Positions 15,507 to 24,456 of a stretch of 61,451 bases of DNA are shown here, in pieces. The DNA comes from an uncultured Acetobacteraceae bacterium (lineage in GTDB: Bacteria; Pseudomonadota; Alphaproteobacteria; Acetobacterales; Acetobacteraceae), in the NCBI GenBank assembly GCA_903900905.1, contig CAIUPC010000584.1, positions 1-61,451 on the forward strand, given 5' to 3'. How positions within the stretch are numbered: the first letter of the stretch is position 1; every line of letters starts with the position of its first letter. The position numbers were made by a program, and so were the translations under genes. A model generated the notes under the pieces. It did not search any database, was not told the origin of the DNA, and saw nothing but the letters and a program-made list of their open reading frames with translations.

Positions 15507-16147
15507 AGCAGCGCAAAGCCACGCACGCCCCGCCGCTCACCGAAGCCGTCGATCTCGGCCCCGCCATCCGCCGCGTGCCGATCTACGCCGCCGATGGCGC
15601 ACTGCTGCGCGATGCCACCACAGCGCAGGCCGAGTGGGCCGATCCGCACGACACCAATCCGCAGCGCCGCGAAGCGCGCCGCGTCAGCGCCAGCCGTGCC
15701 GCCGATCCGCTGGTGGCGATGATGCAGCGCGGCAAGCTGATCACCGACCGGCACATCAAGGCCGCGGGCAAACTGCTGGACGATTGGGAGTGCGGCGTGC
15801 TTGGCGCAAAGCCGGGCGGCGGCAAGGCGTTCGGCAGCGGTGCAAGCGGTGGCTTCCAGGCGGCGCAATATCCCGAGGAAGCCCGGCTCGCCCACCTGTC
15901 CAGCGCCCGCGCTGCACAGGCCGCAGTCGGCGTGACCGGGTTCAGGATACTCGCTCACGTCGTGCTGGGCATCCCGTCGCCGGAAAACCGCAGCGTGCGT
16001 GCCTATGCCGTGCGGCACGACATGCACGAGCAAACCGCCACCGGGCTGCTGTTCGCTTCGTTGGAGCGGCTGGCCGAGCACTATAACCCGCGCGGGCGCA
16101 ACGGGATTGCAGACGAAAACGAACAAAAAGCGCGCTCGGCTGAGTGA
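15503..16147 (+). CDS. DUF6456-like protein, candidate late-gene activator/antiterminator
   Basis: ADPLVAMMQRGKLITDRHIKAAGKLLDDWE...LERLAEHY; last gene of the replication operon (Q-like position). Confidence 0.55.
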   Translation: MKQRKATHAPPLTEAVDLGPAIRRVPIYAADGALLRDATTAQAEWADPHDTNPQRREARRVSASRAADPLVAMMQRGKLITDRHIKAAGKLLDDWECGVLGAKPGGGKAFGSGASGGFQAAQYPEEARLAHLSSARAAQAAVGVTGFRILAHVVLGIPSPENRSVRAYAVRHDMHEQTATGLLFASLERLAEHYNPRGRNGIADENEQKARSAE

Positions 16148-16187
16148 CTGAGCGCGCCAGTTTTTGCCCGCTAGAAATCGCCGGTAG

Positions 16188-16361
16188 TCAGCCCAGCGTT
16201 TCGTCGTCCAGCGGGCCGATCAGCGCGATAATTGCAGACCGTGTGAGGCCGGACATTTGGCAAAGCGCCGCCGTCACATCGTGCGCCGAGAACTCGACAT
16301 CGCGCTGCTTGAAGCCGCACAGCACCGAGCATTCCAGTTCGAGTAGCAATTCAGCGGTCAT
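16188..16361 (-). CDS. Hypothetical protein
   Basis: MTAELLLELE start, ATGA overlap with the upstream gene. Confidence 0.4.
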   Translation of the reverse strand: MTAELLLELECSVLCGFKQRDVEFSAHDVTAALCQMSGLTRSAIIALIGPLDDETLG

Positions 16362-16558
16362 GGCGTCACCGGCTTGGCGCGCAGGGCCACGCCGATCACG
16401 GCGGGCTTGTCGCCACCGATGGCGGGCAATCGCAGGCCAAGCCGGTCGCCCAGCGCGCACAGTTGCCAAGACGGCATCGCGCACAAGCGGCGGTCGGCTT
16501 CATGCACGTCCAGCTTGCGAAGTTCGGCAATCGTGTAGTCGCAGAGTGCGGGGTTCAT
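16358..16558 (-). CDS. Hypothetical protein
   Basis: GGAGG RBS before MNPALCDYT. Confidence 0.5.
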   Translation of the reverse strand: MNPALCDYTIAELRKLDVHEADRRLCAMPSWQLCALGDRLGLRLPAIGGDKPAVIGVALRAKPVTP

Positions 16559-16559
16559 C

Positions 16560-16802
16560 TCAGGCCTCCAATTCGGCGCAAACACTCTCGGCGGCGGCAA
16601 TCTCTTGCCCGAGCAAAATGGACGCATCGAAGCCGTGGACGGCCTGCGCGCGGGCAATGGTGTTGCAAAGGCACTTGAGGCCCAACGCGGAGCGGCAGGC
16701 CGCTTCGTGCCGCCGCTGGGACATCAGCTTGCGGATGTGCGCAATCGTCTCGGCAATAAATGCCGCAGTCTCAACGAAGTCGGCTCCGGTCAGGGTGGTC
16801 AT
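16560..16802 (-). CDS. Hypothetical protein
   Basis: GAGGGG RBS; TTGCCC-N16-TATTGT promoter upstream on the minus strand. Confidence 0.55.
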   Translation of the reverse strand: MTTLTGADFVETAAFIAETIAHIRKLMSQRRHEAACRSALGLKCLCNTIARAQAVHGFDASILLGQEIAAAESVCAELEA

Positions 16803-16986
16803 CGGGTTTTCCCCTCGTAGCGCCGGGCGGAATGCCCTTGCGCATCGACACAATACGCGCACGCAGGACGCGGGCAATCGAAAATGTGCGAAACGTGCGA
16901 AAAAACCGCTTGCACGCCCCGCTGACCCCGCATAACGTCGTGATCAAGCGAGGGCACGTCGCCCCGCCGGAACGAGGTCAACCCCG

Positions 16987-17334
16987 ATGTCCTACCTCAG
17001 CACCCAGTACGACGCCGCCGACCGCGCCGAGCGCGACCGTTGCAGCATGTCCGAAGCTCGCGACCGGCACGACGACAACCGCCATCACAAGTTGCGGCTC
17101 TGGACCGCCCGGCCCGGCGCATTCGGCGTTGCCTGCCGCATGGCCGACCTGGCCGGTTTTGACTGCGACGTGATCGTGGGCGAGCTGCTGCTGCTGCGCC
17201 GCCAGCGTGACAGCCACCTCAGCCGCGCTCGATTGCTCGCGCTGCGGGGTGACACGGCCTCGGCTCAATTTCACGTCCGCCGCGCTCGCAGTGCCAACCG
17301 CTGCGCCATGAGTTGGGCGCGCAGCCTCGCCTGA
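16987..17334 (+). CDS. Hypothetical protein
   Basis: GAGG RBS; divergent promoter with TTGCAC at 16910. Confidence 0.5.
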   Translation: MSYLSTQYDAADRAERDRCSMSEARDRHDDNRHHKLRLWTARPGAFGVACRMADLAGFDCDVIVGELLLLRRQRDSHLSRARLLALRGDTASAQFHVRRARSANRCAMSWARSLA

Positions 17335-17433
17335 CGCGGACCTAGCCAGGCGGTTCCGACCGCCCGGCTCAGCCTGCGCCAGACCGCACAGGGCCGAGGG
17401 CATCCCGCCCCGGTATTATCAGGAGCCCACCGT

Positions 17434-18615
17434 ATGAACGCGATTTCTCCCGCCACCGCGACCGGCTACAAGGTCGATCCCCGCAAGGGCGGCCACAATG
17501 GCCGCGTGTCGAGCGAGTGGTACAACCGCCCCGCCGATCAGCGCTTCATGTCGCTGGACGACCTGATGGCGTCGGTCAGCAGCCGCGCCGAGCGTTGCAC
17601 CACGCGCACCGTCGAGACCAAGGCGCTGCGGGTCAGCGCCACGCGCGGCGACAACACTCGCCTGATGCTGTCCGCCCCGGGCCGCGATGTCGAACTGGCC
17701 CCGACTCACTGGTCCTTCGGGCAGCTTTGCTCGCAGGTCAGCGCGCCGGCGTCCTATCTGCGCAACCTGCCCGCGCCGATTGCGGCCATCAACCTGCAGC
17801 ATGGGTTGCTCAACCACCGCGGCGAATTGCTCAAGACGCTGGAGCACGATGACGGCACCAGCGAGTTGCGCGCCGTGACCGGCCCCGACTACGGGCGCAT
17901 CTATGACCACGAGCTTGTGGGCGCGGTGCAGAAGATCGCGGGCAACGGCACCGGCGACACGCGCTGGAAAATCCCCGGCGTGCTGGACTGGGGCACCAAC
18001 ATCTACAACCCCAACGCGCCGGTCACGCGCGAATCGACCACGCTCTACGCCAGCGACCGCGATGTGTTCTTGTTCCTCGTCGATGACCTCAACCCGATTG
18101 AGGCGGGCCGCCTGCCGAACGGCGACCCCGATCTGTTCTTCCGGGGCTTCTACTGCTGGAACTCGGAAGTCGGCGCCAAGACGCTGGGCATCGCCACATT
18201 CTACCTCCGCGCCATCTGCCAGAACCGCAACCTGTGGGGCGTCGAGGATTTCTCGGAGATGACCATCCGGCACAGCAAATACGCCGCTGACCGCTTTGCC
18301 GCCGAAGCCGCGCCTGCGCTGCTCACCTACGCCGAATCGTCGCCGCTGCCGTTCGTCAATACGATCACCGCCGCGCGTGACCGGATCGTGGCGAACGATG
18401 ACGACGAGCGCAAGGACTTCCTGCGCAAGCGCAAGTTCTCGAGGACCGACACGCAAGCGGTCATCGACGCCGTGCTGAACGAAGAAGGCCACCCGCCCGC
18501 GTCCATTTTTGACTTCGTGCAGGGCATCACTGCCGTTGCGCGCGATCAGAAGCATCAGGATGCGCGCCTCGACATGGAAGGCATTGCCCGCGACTTGCTG
18601 GCCGTTGCCGCTTAA
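17434..18615 (+). CDS. DUF932-family protein
   Basis: GRVSSEWYNRPADQRFMSL...THWSFGQL...YGRIYD...LYASDRDVFLFL...RGFYCWNSEVG...CQNRNLWG; AGGAG RBS. Confidence 0.8.
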   Translation: MNAISPATATGYKVDPRKGGHNGRVSSEWYNRPADQRFMSLDDLMASVSSRAERCTTRTVETKALRVSATRGDNTRLMLSAPGRDVELAPTHWSFGQLCSQVSAPASYLRNLPAPIAAINLQHGLLNHRGELLKTLEHDDGTSELRAVTGPDYGRIYDHELVGAVQKIAGNGTGDTRWKIPGVLDWGTNIYNPNAPVTRESTTLYASDRDVFLFLVDDLNPIEAGRLPNGDPDLFFRGFYCWNSEVGAKTLGIATFYLRAICQNRNLWGVEDFSEMTIRHSKYAADRFAAEAAPALLTYAESSPLPFVNTITAARDRIVANDDDERKDFLRKRKFSRTDTQAVIDAVLNEEGHPPASIFDFVQGITAVARDQKHQDARLDMEGIARDLLAVAA

Positions 18616-18665
18616 CTTCAACCCCAACGCAGGAGGCGGGGCCGGGCAACCGGCCTCGCGACAAC

Positions 18666-19019
18666 ATGCAGAAAAATATGCCCGCCGTCGTAGGGCACAC
18701 TCCGGGGCCGTGGGCCGCAGTTCGCAACGGCTCGTTTTGGCAATTCAACGATGCATCGGGCAACGAAATAGGCGACGTGTGCGCGTCGTTGTTCTTACGC
18801 ACCAGCGGGCACGGGCCGGTGAATGCGGAGGATTGGGCGACATCTGAGGCCAACGTCCGCCTGATCGTCGCCGCGCCGGATCTGTTGGAGGCGCTGACCT
18901 TGCTGTTGGAGTGCCGGGACGCAGAGACGGGACGCAGCACTATGTGCCGCGCCTCTTACGAGGCAGCGGAGCGCGAAGCGCGCGCTGCCATCGCGAAAGT
19001 CACAGGAGGCGCGCCATGA
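18666..19019 (+). CDS. Conserved phage hypothetical protein
   Basis: HTPGPW...EANVRLIVAAPDLLEAL...ARAAIAK motif. Confidence 0.7.
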   Translation: MQKNMPAVVGHTPGPWAAVRNGSFWQFNDASGNEIGDVCASLFLRTSGHGPVNAEDWATSEANVRLIVAAPDLLEALTLLLECRDAETGRSTMCRASYEAAEREARAAIAKVTGGAP

Positions 19020-19285
19020 CCGAAGCGGAGATGGACGCCGACCTAGCCGAAGCGCGCACATGGCTTCCGCGCGGCAGGTTCACCGCCGAACGCTGCCGCC
19101 ACGCCACCGTCCATGAGACGGCGCTGTGGGTCTATGACGGCCAGCAGCAAATCGGCGCAATCTGCCGCGAGGACGGCGGCTGGCGGACCTCGGCCATACG
19201 CAACGGAATGCCCACCACCCGGCAGATGTTCGTGTCGCTGGAAGCGGCGGTCGATCACGTCACACGTCGCGCGGAGGCAGCATGA
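19016..19285 (+). CDS. Hypothetical protein
   Basis: AGGAGG RBS, ATGA overlap. Confidence 0.55.
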   Translation: MTEAEMDADLAEARTWLPRGRFTAERCRHATVHETALWVYDGQQQIGAICREDGGWRTSAIRNGMPTTRQMFVSLEAAVDHVTRRAEAA

Positions 19286-19560
19286 GCACGCACAACCAGT
19301 GGCGCGCGGACGGCACGCGCGTATTCGACGCCAGAAGCATCCAAGTTGCGCGGTGCAACTTCACCGAAGACGCCGCCGCCATCGCGAAGCTGCCCGCGCT
19401 GGCCGCCGCGCTGGCGTTCATGGTCAGCCAGATCGACAACCCCGGCATGGCCTCGGTGACGTTAAGCGCCTACCGGAACACCGAAGGCATGAACCGAGCG
19501 CGCGAGGCGCTGGCGGGCCTTGAGGGTGTCATTGCCGAAACTGTAGCGGGGCTTCCATGA
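19282..19560 (+). CDS. Hypothetical protein
   Basis: GGAGG RBS, ATGA overlap. Confidence 0.55.
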   Translation: MSTHNQWRADGTRVFDARSIQVARCNFTEDAAAIAKLPALAAALAFMVSQIDNPGMASVTLSAYRNTEGMNRAREALAGLEGVIAETVAGLP

Positions 19561-19910
19561 CGCCGCATTGCAGGACGTGCGGCCAGCGACTCAATCAGCC
19601 GCACCCGACCGCCTCCATCGACTGCGGCGGCGATTGCATGGGCTGCATGGCCGTCGTGTTCAACGATCCCGATTGCGCGGCGGCGCTCGCCCCGCTGCCG
19701 CTAGACCGGCACCCGCACAACAACACGGATCGAACGTCGGTGCTTGTGTCGCCGCTCGGCGCGGTCGGCTGGGAAGTGTTCAGGCTCACGGCGGGCTATC
19801 TCGCCTGCCTGCCTGACGCTACCGCGCTGCCCGGTCTGTTTCCCACGTACGACGCCGCCAAGGCAGCGCAAGTGCAAGCCTGGGCGCCGCTGAAAGGCCC
19901 GCTGCCGTGA
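19557..19910 (+). CDS. Cys-rich hypothetical protein
   Basis: CRTC...DCGGDCMGC motif. Confidence 0.55.
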   Translation: MTPHCRTCGQRLNQPHPTASIDCGGDCMGCMAVVFNDPDCAAALAPLPLDRHPHNNTDRTSVLVSPLGAVGWEVFRLTAGYLACLPDATALPGLFPTYDAAKAAQVQAWAPLKGPLP

Positions 19911-20221
19911 CCGCACGCTTGCCCGCGCGGGCCGGGCCGGGCATCGTGCGCCTCATGTCCGGACACGATCCCACCAGCGACGCCAGCCGCCTCCGCGCTG
20001 CACTCGACGTGCTGGGCTGGTCGCAACGCTATCTGGCGTGGCGGCTGTTCACGCCCGATCCCACCATCCGCAAGATGGCCCGAGGCAGCGCGGCGGTGCC
20101 GCCCGAACTGCTGGCGTGGCTCGAATCGGCCGCCACGCCGCTGCGGCTCCACCCGCTGCCCGAGGGCTGGCAGAACGGCAGCGACGAGCCGCCGCGCACG
20201 GGCGAGGCTCCCGCCGCCTGA
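19907..20221 (+). CDS. Small HTH (XRE-like) protein
   Basis: LRAALDVLGWSQRYLAWRL...TIRKMARG...VP. Confidence 0.6.
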   Translation: MTARLPARAGPGIVRLMSGHDPTSDASRLRAALDVLGWSQRYLAWRLFTPDPTIRKMARGSAAVPPELLAWLESAATPLRLHPLPEGWQNGSDEPPRTGEAPAA

Positions 20222-20321
20222 CACTGTGCGATGTGTGCGACGATTTCGCTTGACCGCGCCAAATCTCGTAGGCATGAATTTCGCCATGCTGGTTCGGGGC
20301 GTCACCAGTGCGCTCGGGGTC

Positions 20322-20385
20322 TGCTCCTTGGACGTTTCCTCCCTCGACTGGCCGCCCGGCGTCACCGCTTGGCGGCCTCTTTTTT
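20322..20385 (+). ncRNA. suhB/MmgR-like small RNA or late-leader RNA ending in an intrinsic terminator
   Basis: CTCCTTGGACG-TTTCCTCCCT-CGACT followed by the GGCCGCC...GGCGGCC hairpin and TCTTTTTT; TTGACC at 20250 upstream; 5' end uncertain. Confidence 0.55.
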
Positions 20386-20394
20386 GGCAGCAAA

Positions 20395-21006
20395 ATGGCA
20401 GCGCGACGCAAGGCACCAGCACCAGCGACGCCGCCCGCAACTGCCGGGTTGAGCATCGAATACCGCGCGCTCGCCACACTCGCCCCGTATGAGCGCAACG
20501 CACGCACGCACAGCGCCGCACAGGTGGCGCAGATCGCGGCGTCAATCAAAGAGTTCGGCTTCACCAATCCGCTGCTGATCGGCGAAGCGGGCGACCTGAT
20601 AGCCGGGCATGGGCGACTGGCCGCGGCTCATCTGCTTGAGATGGCGACCGTGCCGGTCATCGTCCTGCGCGGCCTGAGTGACGCGCAGCGCAAGGCGCTC
20701 CGCATTGCCGACAACCGGCTGCCGTTGAGCGCCGGATGGGACGAGGCGCTGCTGGCCGCCGAGATCGAAGACTTGAAACTCGAGGAATATAACCTCGACG
20801 TTATGGGCTTTGACGCCGCCGAACTTGAACATGTGCTGAACGGCTGGGCACCGAACATGGATGCCATCAACAAAACCCCGGCAGAAAATGCCGCAATGCT
20901 GGCGACGATCAAGGTGAAATGCTTTCAGAGCGTCGCTGGCATTGTGTCGGAAGCGGTCAAGGCGGCAGTGGACGCACTTAGCCTGGACGGCGTCACCGTT
21001 GAATAG
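20395..21006 (+). CDS. ParB/Srx N-terminal domain protein
   Basis: LAPYERNARTHS.AQVAQIAASIKEFGFTNPLL...IAGHGRLAAA...IADNRL...WD. Confidence 0.85.
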   Translation: MAARRKAPAPATPPATAGLSIEYRALATLAPYERNARTHSAAQVAQIAASIKEFGFTNPLLIGEAGDLIAGHGRLAAAHLLEMATVPVIVLRGLSDAQRKALRIADNRLPLSAGWDEALLAAEIEDLKLEEYNLDVMGFDAAELEHVLNGWAPNMDAINKTPAENAAMLATIKVKCFQSVAGIVSEAVKAAVDALSLDGVTVE

Positions 21007-21886
21007 CAAACAGCCGCCGAAAACCAATGTCTTGGTGGCATGGCCTTACTGCAACGCGGAAGCCCAGCGCAGCATTATTGAACTAGGAGAAAATGCCAGA
21101 GTTCTTATAGATAGCGGTGCCTTTACGGCATTCAAAGCGAAGAAAACTTTGCTGGTATCGGATTACTGTCAATTTCTAAGTGCATTGCCGTTCAAGCCGT
21201 GGCGCTATTTTGCGCTGGATGTAATTGGCGATCCGGCAGGCACCGACCGCAATTATCAGACCATGTTGGATCGTGGGTTCCGCCCGGTGCCTGTGTTTAC
21301 AAGAGGCGCGTCGCTTGATGCGCTGGACAAGCTGTATGAGACGAGCGATGTCGTTGGTCTAGGCGGCGTTGCCGGTGCAGATAAGTCCGCCTATGCTTGG
21401 ACACGATTTGTGATGCACCACGTTGCAGGACGAAAGGTTCACATTCTAGGTTTTACCAACCTGAATTGGATCAAGCATCTTCGGCCTTATTCGGTAGATG
21501 CGTCGTCTTGGAAATCTGCGGGCCGCTACAAAACGGCAGAAGTTTACCGCGGATTTGGCCGCATGGAGCGCATCACCGCCGCTGACATTCGCGCGGGCAA
21601 GCGGCCGTCCAGCGGCGCGGTTACTGCCTTGCGCACCCTTGGATACGACGCCGCTCACTTGGCCGGGCAGTCCGCATGGGTCGGGATGGACGGGCTTCAT
21701 TGCGCGCAAGTTGCATCGACGCGCAGTTGGGTCGCATGTTCGGCGGACATGGAGCGCAATGTAGGCGTGCGGATGTTCTTCGCGTCAGATGGAAAAGCGG
21801 ACATCACGAGGATTAAAGCCGCGCGCACTGCCCTTGAAAACATGGGCCATCCCGCCATGCAGCCGTACAAACATGCGTCGGATTAA
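20999..21886 (+). CDS. dpdA: DpdA/TGT-like guanine transglycosylase (7-deazaguanine insertion into DNA)
   Basis: VLIDSGAF, LDVIGD, VPVF, GLGG, VHILG and SVDASSW TGT-barrel motifs next to que genes; TTG start assumed. Confidence 0.75.
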   Translation: MNSKQPPKTNVLVAWPYCNAEAQRSIIELGENARVLIDSGAFTAFKAKKTLLVSDYCQFLSALPFKPWRYFALDVIGDPAGTDRNYQTMLDRGFRPVPVFTRGASLDALDKLYETSDVVGLGGVAGADKSAYAWTRFVMHHVAGRKVHILGFTNLNWIKHLRPYSVDASSWKSAGRYKTAEVYRGFGRMERITAADIRAGKRPSSGAVTALRTLGYDAAHLAGQSAWVGMDGLHCAQVASTRSWVACSADMERNVGVRMFFASDGKADITRIKAARTALENMGHPAMQPYKHASD

Positions 21887-21900
21887 ATTGGAAGAATGCC

Positions 21901-22686
21901 ATGAGTAATGCTTGCGTGATTCTTTCAGGCGGCCAAGACAGCACGACTTGCTTGTTCTGGGCGCGGCAGCACTTCGCCGAGGTTCACGCGGTCACGTTCG
22001 ACTACGGGCAGAAGCACCGCATCGAACTGGACGCTGCGCGCGAGGTGGCTGAGATGGCGGGCGTCGCGTCCCATGAAGTGATCGCTGTGCCGGGCATCCT
22101 GCATGGCCGCTCGCCGCTGGTGAACGCCGCCGAGGCGCTGGAAACCTACGACAGCTTCGCCAGCATGGATCAGATCATCGGCGAGCGCGTAGAGCGGACA
22201 TTTGTGCCGATGCGCAATCTGCTGTTCCTTGTGCTAGCCGCCAACCGTGCGATTTGCGCCAACATCCGGGATCTGGTGACCGGCGTATGCCAGGCCGACA
22301 ATGCCAATTATCCGGACTGCCGCGCCTCGTTTGTCTCGGGCGCAGAGAGCGCGATCACGCTGGCACTCGGCCTCGACAAGCCGGGCTTCGGGCCGGGGTT
22401 CACGGTTCACACGCCGCTGATCGACATGAGCAAGGCCGACAGCATCCGGCTGGCGCAATCGCTGCCGGGCTGCATGGACGCGCTCGCCTACAGCCACACC
22501 GCCTACGATGGCACCTATCCGCCGGTCAGCATGGATCATGCCAGCGTGCTCCGCGCGCACGGCTTCGAGCAAGCAGGCGTCCCGGACCCGCTCGTGCTTC
22601 GCGCGTGGCGCGAGGGCCTGATGCCGCTGCCAGCGACCGCCAATTACGCCGCCCAGCGCGCGCAGCCAGGGCTTGCCTTCGCGTAG
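21901..22686 (+). CDS. queC: 7-cyano-7-deazaguanine synthase
   Basis: SGGQDSTTC PP-loop, FDYGQKH..EL, TFVPMRN, YPDCR. Confidence 0.92.
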   Translation: MSNACVILSGGQDSTTCLFWARQHFAEVHAVTFDYGQKHRIELDAAREVAEMAGVASHEVIAVPGILHGRSPLVNAAEALETYDSFASMDQIIGERVERTFVPMRNLLFLVLAANRAICANIRDLVTGVCQADNANYPDCRASFVSGAESAITLALGLDKPGFGPGFTVHTPLIDMSKADSIRLAQSLPGCMDALAYSHTAYDGTYPPVSMDHASVLRAHGFEQAGVPDPLVLRAWREGLMPLPATANYAAQRAQPGLAFA

Positions 22687-22786
22687 CAGCGCCGTACAGC
22701 GCGCTTCGCACCGGCCCGCGCCTGTCGGGGCTTGCGTCGCTGGGAACGCTGCGTGCGCTCAGCGGAGCAGCGGGCAGCACACATGC

Positions 22787-22818
22787 AAAAGCCCCACCCG
22801 ATTGCTCGGATGGGGCCC
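22787..22818 (-). terminator. Intrinsic terminator of the minus-strand insert
   Basis: GCCCCA(T)CCGA...TCGG(G)TGGGGC hairpin followed by TTTT on the minus strand. Confidence 0.55.
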
Positions 22819-22836
22819 TGATGCGGCGCGGCAGAA

Positions 22837-23058
22837 TTAGCGGCGAGAACGCGCGGCGTTGAATCGGTCATGCAGCGGCGACCACAGTTTGAGATGGTCG
22901 CGTAGCGGGCGGAAGACGCAAAGTGTGCCACGCGGCATCGGCGGGCCGTCATTTTCACCTTTGAGCAGGTCGCGGCGTTCGGCAGGCGTCATCGGCGGTT
23001 GGCGGCGCGACAACGGGAACGCAAAGCGATATAGTCCGGATTGGTTGCGCATGGTCAT
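22837..23058 (-). CDS. Hypothetical protein
   Basis: AGGAGG RBS before MTMRNQ. Confidence 0.35.
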   Translation of the reverse strand: MTMRNQSGLYRFAFPLSRRQPPMTPAERRDLLKGENDGPPMPRGTLCVFRPLRDHLKLWSPLHDRFNAARSRR

Positions 23059-23093
23059 CCTCCTGTGATGCGGTGCAGCAGCGTAGCCGAGTC

Positions 23094-23285
23094 TCAGCGG
23101 CGCGGCTCCGGCATGTAGTCGATGTCCCAGAACCAGCCACGCGGGCTGACGTGCAGGCGGATCACGTTGCGCCACGCGGGGCCGTTGGCAGCCGCGGCCG
23201 CAGCAGCGTCGCGCAGCACGTCAGCAAGCCCCGGACCGATTTGATGGTGTTCGGGCGGGTCGAAGTCGGGATCGAAAGCGGTCAT
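23094..23285 (-). CDS. Hypothetical protein
   Basis: GAGG RBS before MTAFDPDF; leader hairpin at 23302-23319. Confidence 0.5.
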   Translation of the reverse strand: MTAFDPDFDPPEHHQIGPGLADVLRDAAAAAAANGPAWRNVIRLHVSPRGWFWDIDYMPEPRR

Positions 23286-23364
23286 GGCAACCTCATGTAA
23301 CGCGGGGCGGACTGCCCTCGCTGTCGCGACCTTGGCCGGGCCGTTGGAGCATGTCTCCGCTCCC

Positions 23365-23402
23365 AAACAAAGAAAGCCCCGCCCAATTGCTCGGGCGGGG
23401 CT
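23365..23402 (-). terminator. Intrinsic terminator
   Basis: AGCCCCGCCC...GGGCGGGGCT followed by TTCTTTGTTT on the minus strand. Confidence 0.75.
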
Positions 23403-23417
23403 GCTGGGCAGTAGGTG

Positions 23418-24320
23418 CTATTTGGCAGCGATCAGCCGATAGACGGTGTTTCCGCCCTTTTCGCGCTCGCTGCTGAACGTGTAGCCGAACTTCTCCGCAG
23501 CGTCCTTGAGCATCTGCGTCCACGGCTGGGCCTTGTCGCTGATTTCGGCGGCCAGCTGCGGGCGGGTCACGCCCTCGGGGCGCAACGCCAGTTCGATCAT
23601 CTTGGCCGTCTTGGCGTTCGGTCCGGTCGCCTTGGGCGCGCGCTCGCCCTTGGCTGCGGCGGGCTTCGGCTCCTTGCGCGGCTTGCCGCCGACGATGGCC
23701 GCCTTGGCGCGCTTGCCCTTCGGCGTGCCGACCATCTCCGTGCCGGTCGGCGACGTGACCATGATCGAGAAGCCCAATTTCCGGGCGTAGTCTTGCGCCG
23801 CGTTCAGCGCGAGATGATCGGCGGCGCGTTCGATGGTGAACGAGCAGCGGTAGGCGCGGGCGGGATTGAGCATCGCTTCCTCCTCGTTGAACAATGCGAG
23901 CGCTTCGGCTTGCGTCAGGTCGGCGACCGTCTTGGCGGCGACCGCCTGATCAGCGGCCACGCTGTCGATCATGGCGTCCAGCGTGCCGGGCTGCACGATG
24001 TCGCCGCTGCGGTCGTCATATGTCAGCGGCGCGGCCAGTTCGGCTTCGCCGGGCACGGCGACCGCCTGCGAGTCCGTCATGTCCTCGTCGGCCAGCCACG
24101 CGGCGGTCTCGGCTGAGAGGCGAGCGCGCATCTGGTCGGGCGTCTCGGCTTCAACGGCGACCGGCGCGGGTTCGACGGACTCGGCGGCAGCGACCGGCGC
24201 GGCGGCGGCGTAAGTCCAAGTCATGCCGTCCTGCACGAACGTCAGCGCGATGACATCAAGGCCAGCGCGGCGAGCGCCACGGATAGCGGAAGCCTTGGAG
24301 CCGTAGGTTTGGATGGTCAT
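23418..24320 (-). CDS. DUF3489-like C-terminal winged-helix protein
   Basis: KTAKMIELALRPEGVT...YTFSSEREKGGNTVYRL; GAGGA RBS before MTIQTYG. Confidence 0.6.
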   Translation of the reverse strand: MTIQTYGSKASAIRGARRAGLDVIALTFVQDGMTWTYAAAAPVAAAESVEPAPVAVEAETPDQMRARLSAETAAWLADEDMTDSQAVAVPGEAELAAPLTYDDRSGDIVQPGTLDAMIDSVAADQAVAAKTVADLTQAEALALFNEEEAMLNPARAYRCSFTIERAADHLALNAAQDYARKLGFSIMVTSPTGTEMVGTPKGKRAKAAIVGGKPRKEPKPAAAKGERAPKATGPNAKTAKMIELALRPEGVTRPQLAAEISDKAQPWTQMLKDAAEKFGYTFSSEREKGGNTVYRLIAAK

Positions 24321-24456
24321 TCGAGTGATCCTCTGCACTGCGGGGCGACATGCCCTCGCTGAGTCGGACATTCGCCCACAGTTAAAAGCCGGGCAAGCCA
24401 GATATTCGCTGAATATCGGTCAAAATCGGGCGTTATCCGGCGAGTTTGCGCAATAA

